In this document: in pieces, positions 8,736-17,428 of the stretch
Position numbering within the stretch: the stretch's first letter is position 1
Layout of the letters: each line of letters begins with the position of its first letter
Assembly: GCA_963665815.1 (NCBI GenBank)
Contig: OY762463.1
Span: forward strand, 1,056,001 to 1,120,000
Reading direction: 5' to 3'
DNA length: 64,000 nucleotides
Source of the DNA: Candidatus Cloacimonadales bacterium
GTDB taxonomy: Bacteria; Cloacimonadota; Cloacimonadia; Cloacimonadales; JAIOQZ01
Translations under genes and position numbers: made by a program
Notes under the pieces: generated by a model
The model's database searches: none
What the model saw: the letters and a program-made list of their open reading frames with translations, nothing else
Told to the model about the DNA's origin: nothing

Positions 8736-9182
8736 TCAGTATAATTTGTCTGGCTTGTAGAGTTCTGATTTTGTAAATTGTCTGTCAGGATCAAGAACAT
8801 GTAACCGCATTTTCTCAAACCTGCTGTACTTGACTCCAAGTAGAATGTACTCGTTAATATTATTATAGTGACGACCATTCAAATCACAGGCAAACAAATA
8901 ATGGTGTTCGGGATAATGAGATACTTCATTCCTGAATGCCTGAAATCTTTTAAATACTCCATACAATAATTGGATAGATACACCTGGCTTAATTCCCTCT
9001 TTCAAATATGTTCTGGCGTAATTATTTGTTTCTGCGTTTGATGAATCTGAGTAGTTTGCCAAATTGCTCAAGTCAGCCTTACATTCAATTTCCTCGAAAA
9101 CAGTATTGAACTCAGAAAACTGATCAATTATTGCATCCACATCTTTTAAAAGTGAGTGAATCCTTGATATTGGAGTAATCAT
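8736..9182 (-). CDS. Hypothetical protein (148 aa), paralog of 9629..10075
   Basis: GAGAGG RBS; gap-free similarity to the divergent neighbour. Confidence 0.8.
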   Translation of the reverse strand: MITPISRIHSLLKDVDAIIDQFSEFNTVFEEIECKADLSNLANYSDSSNAETNNYARTYLKEGIKPGVSIQLLYGVFKRFQAFRNEVSHYPEHHYLFACDLNGRHYNNINEYILLGVKYSRFEKMRLHVLDPDRQFTKSELYKPDKLY

Positions 9183-9628
9183 TCCACACCTCTCTTTTTT
9201 ATGACTACTACAATAATAATCAAAAAAAAAGAAATGACAAAATTAAAAATACTATTTTTCAAATTTGCTCAATATTATACATTCATTTTCTTTCCTTTAT
9301 CTTTCCCTGATCATGATTACATTTCCTTCATGATACTCTTTTTTGGAGGTCACTGTCCATACAGAACCTTAATAAACAAGTTCTAATCGAATTTCCTCAT
9401 GTCAAACAATCCCAGTGATTCATATAATATGTAATATTTGCCAATGTAGCTTCAATCTTGCGCTATACTGCAATAATCATCCAGAAATGAACATAATTCA
9501 TCTTAGATTTACATGAAATTCACTGATATTTTTTATTCATCTAATCTACTTAATTTTAATAAATTAAGTCTTTGACAATTTTCAGATGTTTTTTTTCCTG
9601 TCTCCAGAAGCAAAGCAAAGAGGAAAAT

Positions 9629-10075
9629 ATGATAGCACCCATAATACGTGTATCAACATATATACATTTAATCGATAATACATTAGAAAGATTTAATATT
9701 TTTGATAAAAGTATCACTAATTCTCTGGAAATGTACTCAAAAAGTGAAATAGAATTGTTAGGTTGCTCCAGCAATGATATGACAAATCAATTAGCATATA
9801 GATTTCTCAGAAATGGATTTTCAGGTGGAGAATCCATAGAACCTATTATTGGACTTTATTTCAGATTGAATACTATCAGGGAAAAGCTTGAGAAAATATC
9901 TCCAAATCATTTTGTTCTGATGCATGATAAAAAAGGGAAAGCATTTAACAATCCACTGGATTTTCTTTTTTTTGGATTGGAATTCAATGTTAACTCATGC
10001 ATTAACCTCACTCATATATCTCCGGGACCTGTTGACTGCAAAGAAAATGGAAGAGTTACAAAGGGAATGTTTTAG
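9629..10075 (+). CDS. Hypothetical protein (148 aa), paralog of 8736..9182
   Basis: Start placed at ATG 9629 (GAGGA RBS), giving MIAPIIR that aligns with MITPISR. Confidence 0.8.
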   Translation: MIAPIIRVSTYIHLIDNTLERFNIFDKSITNSLEMYSKSEIELLGCSSNDMTNQLAYRFLRNGFSGGESIEPIIGLYFRLNTIREKLEKISPNHFVLMHDKKGKAFNNPLDFLFFGLEFNVNSCINLTHISPGPVDCKENGRVTKGMF

Positions 10076-10680
10076 AGATATGTATCTTCTTCTTCCTCTT
10101 CATCATCTTCACCAGTATAGACATCCCATCCAAACATTGTATCTAATTGATAAAGCATTATCTCACTTATAGTAAATGACACTGCACAAAGTAGAACTAC
10201 AACAAAACCAAACTTAAACAATCCTGTAAACTCAATAGCAGACAACTCACTGTCCTGATAGTATTGAATCAAACCAAATACAAGACAATACAAAGCTCCA
10301 TTAACAACTGCAAAAGAAAGATTTCTTATTGTGTTTTGATTGATAAAATCCCATATATACATTATTGTAACAACGAATAAAAGCATATATACAGGATAGG
10401 CGATTATAAAAGCAAATGAATTACCAATCCTCAAATTAAGGAATACAGAAAATAGTGTTGAAAGAACAACAGCAGCAATAAAACCGATAGCACGGCTGAA
10501 ATAAACATAACAAAAAAGGATAAGCCCACAGATAACGGGAAGAATTAGAAACTGCATTCCCGATGAATCATTCAAGTTAAAAACATCTATCTTCATTATC
10601 ATTCCCACAATTGCCGTTATGAACACATTGATCAATGTTATAAGAAATATTGCTGTTATAATAAAAGATGGTTTACGCAT
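10072..10680 (-). CDS. Polytopic membrane protein of unknown function
   Basis: About six hydrophobic helices, acidic C-terminal tail. Confidence 0.75.
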   Translation of the reverse strand: MRKPSFIITAIFLITLINVFITAIVGMIMKIDVFNLNDSSGMQFLILPVICGLILFCYVYFSRAIGFIAAVVLSTLFSVFLNLRIGNSFAFIIAYPVYMLLFVVTIMYIWDFINQNTIRNLSFAVVNGALYCLVFGLIQYYQDSELSAIEFTGLFKFGFVVVLLCAVSFTISEIMLYQLDTMFGWDVYTGEDDEEEEEDTYL

Positions 10681-10696
10681 TGTGTCTCCTTGTCTC

Positions 10697-12505
10697 CTAA
10701 TTAAAGAAATACCATTTCAGTCTTACAAAAAAGTGAACCGGCATAAGATCAGTTGTATATATTTCTGTTTCATTTGTAATATTCCTGAATTCTCCTGTAG
10801 CACTGAAGTTCTTGGTTATGTCTAATCTTACAAAAGCATTCAAGTAATGAGAATTATATAATTCCGAGTTCTTATAGAATATTGTATTATCATCATATTG
10901 ATATCTTATTCCACCGGTAATTCTATTATTATGTTTAAGTAAATAGCTTAAACTAATTTCGCTGTCTGTATATAATTTTTCAGATTCATACTTGATTCCA
11001 ATGTTCGAGTTCAAGACAAATTGCCTGTATTTCAAGGCTTTCTTCACATCTGCTGACAGGAAAGGTGATTCTACTCTCAGATCAAGTTCATCAGGTGTAC
11101 TTACATATTTCAAAGATAATTCTTCTACAGAATATCCCGCCTTTATTTCTGCTTCTGCACATTGCTTCATCCTGAGTTGAAATCCGTAATTTATCTTATC
11201 GAACTGTAAGTTTTCATATGAAAGTGATAACATGTCCCTTACATCTCTATTAACAAAATCAGTATATACTCCATAGGAGGCGATATCGATATTATCAGCC
11301 ATTACTTCGCCGGAAGCCCATAATGATTTCTCACCAATAACAGCATTACTCTGAGCAGATAATAAATCATTTTTATATGAGTAATCAGCTATTAACCCAG
11401 TGAATTCTCTTGTACTGTTAACAGAAAATTGCCAGAAAGCCTTTAAATTATGATTGCCTGGATTGAATTCCCTGCCAATTGAAAACAAATTATCATAAAC
11501 TTCAGTTGAATCAATCTTATCAGAATATAACTTATAATTGAAATCAATTAAATCAGATCTGTACATTACAGTATACTCATGAGTATAATAACTCTCATTC
11601 TTAACATTTGTAATTGGATTTCTGAGAACTTTTTTCTCAGGAACTTTTTGTCTACTGTTGATATATCTGGTTTCAATTTCACCATATGATAGAGGAGCTT
11701 TTAGCTGTAGATGAATTGATCCGTTAGCTTCATTTATAACCTGAAGTTGATCATCATATAACTCACCATTAAATCCAACATAGTCAAATCGAAGCTGAAT
11801 ATCCTTTCCGAAAATTTTATCCTTACCTACATCCAGTACAATGAAGTCATAATTATAATCGCCGGTTGCCATATAAGCTTTTACCATCATTGGCTCAAGT
11901 TCATAATATCTGCTATTCAGTATCATTGAGTTTTCAGTTTCACTGGTATTGTAAAACCTGTTCATCGTCTGGTAGTAAAGAGGCAATGAGACTTTATCAG
12001 AAACAAATACCATGCCATCTCTTCTTATCAATTTATCAAAATCATGATACCCGTCATAATGAAAACCTTCAGATATATTATACTTCCTGTGAGTATTATC
12101 ATCTATATCCATAACACTGTCGATCAAAGCATAATAATCAATTTTTTCAACTTCTATTATTACAGAATCCTGAATCGACTTCTTCAGAGACTTTTTTAGA
12201 ACATAAACAGCGGCATATGGATTGATTTTACTTTTACCTGCATCCAGTAGAACTTTATTCTTGTATCTGAATATGTATTTTTTAACAATACTTCTCACTG
12301 AAGGATTCAGATAGTGAACAGCAATAGAATCAATATCATAGTTGACAATATAAACATCTGCTTTGACAGTCAATGAATCTCTTACAAGAAGTGAATCCTG
12401 CCCGAATACAGGCACATCATACTTCATGAAGTCACCTTCAGTAACAACTGAAAGCAGTGTACTCACTAACAGGTAAGTAAATAGTAAAATTATTCCACGT
12501 TTCAT
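10697..12505 (-). CDS. Putative outer-membrane beta-barrel protein
   Basis: Signal peptide, alternating Tyr-rich strands, C-terminal FRNITN...VRLKWYFFN. Confidence 0.65.
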   Translation of the reverse strand: MKRGIILLFTYLLVSTLLSVVTEGDFMKYDVPVFGQDSLLVRDSLTVKADVYIVNYDIDSIAVHYLNPSVRSIVKKYIFRYKNKVLLDAGKSKINPYAAVYVLKKSLKKSIQDSVIIEVEKIDYYALIDSVMDIDDNTHRKYNISEGFHYDGYHDFDKLIRRDGMVFVSDKVSLPLYYQTMNRFYNTSETENSMILNSRYYELEPMMVKAYMATGDYNYDFIVLDVGKDKIFGKDIQLRFDYVGFNGELYDDQLQVINEANGSIHLQLKAPLSYGEIETRYINSRQKVPEKKVLRNPITNVKNESYYTHEYTVMYRSDLIDFNYKLYSDKIDSTEVYDNLFSIGREFNPGNHNLKAFWQFSVNSTREFTGLIADYSYKNDLLSAQSNAVIGEKSLWASGEVMADNIDIASYGVYTDFVNRDVRDMLSLSYENLQFDKINYGFQLRMKQCAEAEIKAGYSVEELSLKYVSTPDELDLRVESPFLSADVKKALKYRQFVLNSNIGIKYESEKLYTDSEISLSYLLKHNNRITGGIRYQYDDNTIFYKNSELYNSHYLNAFVRLDITKNFSATGEFRNITNETEIYTTDLMPVHFFVRLKWYFFN

Positions 12506-12980
12506 ATCATTCCTTATAGATAACTATGTATATCAGCAAAATTAAGCATCTTTATTAAAAAATCTATTCAACTCCTATTTCATCGCAAATTGGAGAATAG
12601 ACAGTTTCAATTATACAAAAGCCTCTTATAATATAGATTGCTACAGGATTAATTTACTGAATAAAATGTCAATAAAGAATAGTTTGTCTCCGATTATATG
12701 AAATAAAACAAAAAAAATATCACTTGCAGATATCGCTTTAAAGTCTTTATGAATTGTATATACAGATGATTTAAAGATACACAACAGAAATCTGCAGAGC
12801 ACTTTCCTGAGCCTTTTTCATTTTTACAGAATTGGCATAGCTTGGCAAAAAATTTGAGTATCATCATACTGTGCAAAAAGTCCTGATTTCATGCTATTTA
12901 AATGCAGAAATCCTTGAATCTCATTATTTTTTAACAATAAATGATATTATAAAAGCAGAAAAAAGGCAAAAAATACCTGC

Positions 12981-13048
12981 AAAACAAAACAGCACTCCAA
13001 TTGTACGGATTGTAAACCTTGTAAACAACCATGTACAATAGAAGTGCT
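12981..13048 (-). terminator. Long imperfect hairpin, probable terminator
   Basis: agcact/agtgct and attgtac/gtacaat arms followed on the minus strand by gttttgtttt. Confidence 0.5.
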
Positions 13049-13067
13049 TAAAAAATTTTAGAAGATA

Positions 13068-13415
13068 TTATTTAAGGATAACTTTAACTTTCACATAAGT
13101 AAAGTTAGTTTTCACAGAAATAAAATAATCTCCAGCCTTTTCTCTTTGACCGTCAAGACCTGTTCCGTCCCATGTAAAAGTATAGGCTCCGGATGCAAGT
13201 TGTCTTTTAGCAAGACTTTTAACAACTACATCATTCTTATCAAGAATAAGAATTTCAGTCTTTGAGTCTTCAGGTATGTTGACAGTAATAGTAGTAGTTT
13301 CCTCAAATGGATCCGGTGTACATGACACTGTCAAATCCGCGATCTCATTCTCAACAGTAGCTACAAGATATACACTTGCCAATATCAGCATAACTAACAC
13401 CAATATCTTTTTCAT
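13068..13415 (-). CDS. Small secreted protein made of a FlgD-Ig / T9SS-CTD-like domain
   Basis: Signal peptide, then PDPF...WDGT..G.....GDYF. Confidence 0.8.
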   Translation of the reverse strand: MKKILVLVMLILASVYLVATVENEIADLTVSCTPDPFEETTTITVNIPEDSKTEILILDKNDVVVKSLAKRQLASGAYTFTWDGTGLDGQREKAGDYFISVKTNFTYVKVKVILK

Positions 13416-13444
13416 AATAACTCCTTTATATTACACTTTTTATA

Positions 13445-14371
13445 TTATGCATTTTTTGTTCCAAAATTATCACCAAGACAAATCCCACCAAGAAGAGCAG
13501 CCTTATTTCCAAGCTCTGCTTTCTTAATAACAATTAAATCTCTATGTACTTTATCAATATTTTTTAGAATTACTTCTTTTAATGCCTTGAATGGATATGC
13601 TTCAATATCCAAAACACCTCCACCGACAAGTACTATCTGTGGATTTAAAACTGTAATTCCATTAGCAATAGCAACGCCTAATACCTTTATTGAGTCAGAT
13701 ATTATCATGCGTACTTCTTCATTCATACTAAGATTAGTTAAGACATTATATATTGTCAAGTCATCATTTTCGATTTCTGATATTTTTTTTCTTTTTATCC
13801 TGTTCAATATTCCAGTCACAGAGGAATAAACTTCCGTACATCCTATTTTACCACACTTACATTCCTCCCCATCAAGAACAACTGTGAGGTGACCTATCTC
13901 CATAGACATGTATGTTGATCCATGAAAAATATTTTTACCGGAAACAAATCCGCTACCAATCCCTGTGCCTACTGTAAACCCTAATACGCTTTTCTCAAAA
14001 CCATATAAACTTGCCTCTCCATAAGTCATAAGATTTGCATCATTCTCAAGGAATACAGGAACACCGAATCTTTCCTCAAGAAGTCTCTTAGGATTCACAT
14101 TGAGCAATCCGGGAATATTTGGTGTAAATCCCAATACTTCACCAGTCTCACTGTTTACACATCCGGGAGTTCCCAATGCTATACAGTTCAGCTTGTCCTC
14201 AAGCGAATACTTCTTTATAATTGACTCCACACATGTAATCAACAAATGATTTATACCGTCAGAAGTATGATCAGCGACTGGCATTTTGTCGTCGAAATCA
14301 ATAACTCCATTTGAACCGATACCATACTTTAAAAATGATCCTCCAAGATCCATTGTAATAGTTTTATTCAT
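13445..14371 (-). CDS. ROK family sugar kinase (glucokinase-like)
   Basis: DLGGS, ENDAN, GTGIGSG, EIGH and CKCGKIGCTE motifs; no HTH. Confidence 0.92.
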   Translation of the reverse strand: MNKTITMDLGGSFLKYGIGSNGVIDFDDKMPVADHTSDGINHLLITCVESIIKKYSLEDKLNCIALGTPGCVNSETGEVLGFTPNIPGLLNVNPKRLLEERFGVPVFLENDANLMTYGEASLYGFEKSVLGFTVGTGIGSGFVSGKNIFHGSTYMSMEIGHLTVVLDGEECKCGKIGCTEVYSSVTGILNRIKRKKISEIENDDLTIYNVLTNLSMNEEVRMIISDSIKVLGVAIANGITVLNPQIVLVGGGVLDIEAYPFKALKEVILKNIDKVHRDLIVIKKAELGNKAALLGGICLGDNFGTKNA

Positions 14372-14372
14372 A

Positions 14373-15272
14373 CTAAACTCTTTTTCTCTTTATTATACTT
14401 ATAAGCTTCTCAAAATCAAGACCAAGAACAATTACTACAAAACCTGCAATCTGAAGCAGATGAATATCTTCCTTCAACAAAAAGAATGCCAGAAGTCCGG
14501 CAATCACAGGCTTTATATAAAAAAACATTGCCGCATTTGCTGCGGGAATATGTTTCAATGCATCAAAATACAGAATATATGCAACTCCGGTAACCCCCAC
14601 ACCAAGATATAGTAGAGAAGCTATATTCTCAGTAGTCAATGGAAAAGTAAGATCAATATGCAAGAAAGCTGCTACAGCAAACAATACAATTGAACCAATG
14701 AAAAAGGAAATACTGATGAAAAAGTATTTACTGTAATTTCTCACTATTCTGGCAGAAATTGATGTATACAGTCCAAACGTCACAGCCGATGCAATCCCAA
14801 AAATTGCTCCGAGAAGCATATTTTCCGATCCTTTCAGAGAATTTATATCCGCCAACAGAATCAAAACTATTCCTGCGAGCCCCAGCAGCAAACCTGTCAA
14901 TCTAACCATGGAGAGCTTTTCTTTCAGAATAAACTGAGAAAATATTCCTACAAATACGGGATTAGCACTGACAAGCAATGCTGCCATTACAGCTTTCCCA
15001 AAATGAATAGACAACTGAAGAAAAAACATAGCTATAGATACATTGAGTATTCCCGGAAAACCTATATACAAAAAGTCTCTGAATTTCAACTTCTTATCCA
15101 TTTTTCGGTACTCAATGATTGCCAGTGGAAGGATAACTAATCCTCCAATCAGAAACCTGAATGCAGTAATCGCCAGAGGATGCACTGAATACCTCAGGGA
15201 TTTTCCGACATACTCTATCGTTGAAAACAGACATATTGTCAGAAAACAAAATATATAACTTCTTTTAATCAA
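14373..15272 (-). CDS. DMT/EamA family transporter
   Basis: About 10 TM helices in two EamA-type halves. Confidence 0.9.
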   Translation of the reverse strand: MIKRSYIFCFLTICLFSTIEYVGKSLRYSVHPLAITAFRFLIGGLVILPLAIIEYRKMDKKLKFRDFLYIGFPGILNVSIAMFFLQLSIHFGKAVMAALLVSANPVFVGIFSQFILKEKLSMVRLTGLLLGLAGIVLILLADINSLKGSENMLLGAIFGIASAVTFGLYTSISARIVRNYSKYFFISISFFIGSIVLFAVAAFLHIDLTFPLTTENIASLLYLGVGVTGVAYILYFDALKHIPAANAAMFFYIKPVIAGLLAFFLLKEDIHLLQIAGFVVIVLGLDFEKLISIIKRKRV

Positions 15273-15450
15273 ACTATCTCCATATTTTTAATACAATTAT
15301 TATCCAGTTTCTTCTGACATAGACAAATGAGTCAAGAGTAATGATGAAAATATACTGCATTCATAAAGCATTAATATAATATTTCCTTTACATCTGAGTG
15401 CAGCTCAATATATTTTTCACATAATACAATCCCATAACTTAGGAGAAAAA

Positions 15451-15921
15451 ATGGAAAATGCATACAAAGTAGAAGTATTTGATTATAAGCAAACTCAATT
15501 TCTTGGAATAAAAGAAGTAGTTAAATTTGATAAGCTTCCTGAATTTTTTGAGAGAAATTATGCAAAATTGATGACTCACTTGAAGCAGAACGAAATAGAA
15601 TGCATTGGAATTCCTGCTGCCATATACTATGGTTGGAACATGGAAAACAATGAAACAACTGTAGCAGCCGCACTACCAGTCGATAAACCCATTTCCGTAG
15701 ATGAAGTAATGGTAATAGACATGCCTGCCCGTAAAGCATATATGACTGACTATTTCGGACCATACGACAAAATGATGCCTGCCTATACAGCACTCATGAG
15801 TAAAATGGAGAAGGATCAAGCTGAAATGGATTTCCCCTGTCTGGAGCTTTACATGAATGATCCTGCTGTAATAAAGGATCCTTCAAAGTGGCACACAAGA
15901 ATAATTGTGTTTTACAAATAG
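15451..15921 (+). CDS. GyrI-like small-molecule-binding protein
   Basis: GPYD..Y and ELYMNDP....P..WHTRI motifs. Confidence 0.85.
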   Translation: MENAYKVEVFDYKQTQFLGIKEVVKFDKLPEFFERNYAKLMTHLKQNEIECIGIPAAIYYGWNMENNETTVAAALPVDKPISVDEVMVIDMPARKAYMTDYFGPYDKMMPAYTALMSKMEKDQAEMDFPCLELYMNDPAVIKDPSKWHTRIIVFYK

Positions 15922-16226
15922 CGAGCCTTGCATATCAGCAGAATCTAGTATCTCTGGTATAATGATGAAAGTACTGTAGGTGAGTTTAAAAACACACCTG
16001 ATAGAACAGTCCCGACTTGATTAAAAGTAATGATGAGATTTTATTTCAAAAAATTACTGAGGGATGCATATTTTGTGTCAGAATTTGATGAAATCTGATA
16101 CCAAGTCAACTAACCTCAATCATGCAGGAATCTCAAATAATTTGTAGATTTTGAATAAAAACATTGACAGATATTCAATAGTTTACCAGATTAGAGATGT
16201 ACTTCAAAGGAAATATCTTCTCGAAT

Positions 16227-16258
16227 GCGCAAGTCCAAAGTGGCTTGCGTTTTCTTTT
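16227..16258 (+). terminator. Orphan terminator in intergenic region
   Basis: gcgcaagtc-caaagt-ggcttgcgt followed by tttctttt. Confidence 0.6.
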
Positions 16259-16567
16259 ATAAGGTTAATTATATCAATTTTACATATTGCATTATGTTGG
16301 CAGAACTAATTTTTACTGCATTCAATTGCCACCAGGTTTTCGATTGTAGAGAGAAACAGAACGAAAACAAGTCTTGAAATGCTGATTATAAATCTTACAT
16401 CCTTGATTATATGTGGTTTATTATCGCTAAAGGCTGGAATAATCTAATGTAACTCTTTTTGTCAAAACTAATTAGGTTCTCCTTCAGACCCAGTTATTTG
16501 AACGCACCCCGTGTTTCTATTTTCAGGTGTATAATATTTATTATCATATCAAGACACTATAACTATT

Positions 16568-16598
16568 AAAAAAGCAGACTACCAAAAGACAGTCTGCT
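16568..16598 (-). terminator. Terminator of nitroreductase gene
   Basis: agcagact/agtctgct stem with T run on the minus strand. Confidence 0.65.
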
Positions 16599-16618
16599 CT
16601 AAAAAGATTCTATAAATA

Positions 16619-17239
16619 CTAATATATAAACTTAACTGGGATTTCTTCGTCATTGGCTTTTCTGGATTTTGTAACTGCAGGCTTACCTACAGCGACCATA
16701 GCTGCCACAAAATATTCACTACCAGCTTCACCAAGTAGTTCAGCAATCCTTTGAGATGCTATTACCGGACCAGACAACCAACATGCTCCAAGATTCATGT
16801 CCTGAGCACCAAGAAGAATATTCTGCACACATGCACCAAGACTCTGGATTTCCGGATGATATCTTAGCTTCAGAATGTCCTCTTTGTGTTCATTGGAAAG
16901 TACTTTATCAATTGGTGTATCATAATCTTTTGACAAAACAATTATCAGAGCAGGGGCATCCTTAAAGAATGTTGAATGCCACCTGATTCTATCTTTCAAC
17001 ACATTGCCTGATTCATCACTATCCTCAAATAGCTTTTCCAGGTCTTCTAAAACAATGCCTGCCATTTTCTGCAGTACATCCCTGTTCTTCACAACCAGGA
17101 ATTTCCACGGTTTACTATTGTTAGCACTCGGGGCCATATTACCCAACCCGATTAGCTCACTAAATATTTTATCATCAATATCTCTGTTTTTAAATTTTCT
17201 GCAACTGTAACGCTGTTCAATGGCTTCTCTGAGTTCCAT
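16619..17239 (-). CDS. Nitroreductase family protein
   Basis: RYSCRKF, APSANNSKPWKF and QNILL...LGACW motifs. Confidence 0.92.
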   Translation of the reverse strand: MELREAIEQRYSCRKFKNRDIDDKIFSELIGLGNMAPSANNSKPWKFLVVKNRDVLQKMAGIVLEDLEKLFEDSDESGNVLKDRIRWHSTFFKDAPALIIVLSKDYDTPIDKVLSNEHKEDILKLRYHPEIQSLGACVQNILLGAQDMNLGACWLSGPVIASQRIAELLGEAGSEYFVAAMVAVGKPAVTKSRKANDEEIPVKFIY

Positions 17240-17428
17240 TTTTCCTCCGATTCATTTTTGTATTTAATACAATAATAATATCATTGCATTTTGAAGCAAA
17301 TTAATTATATTTTATTTTAAAATGAACTATAAAAGAAAGATTTGATAAGATTGTGATAACAATTGATAAGAAATTTCTTGACTGACAGTACATGAATAAC
17401 ATAATGAGAGACAATGATGGGAGGTACT

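Noticed and set aside
12833-12848. Possible sigma54 promoter TGGCATAGCTTGGCA
   Set aside because: GG-to-GC spacing is one base short of the -24/-12 rule and there is no downstream + strand gene.
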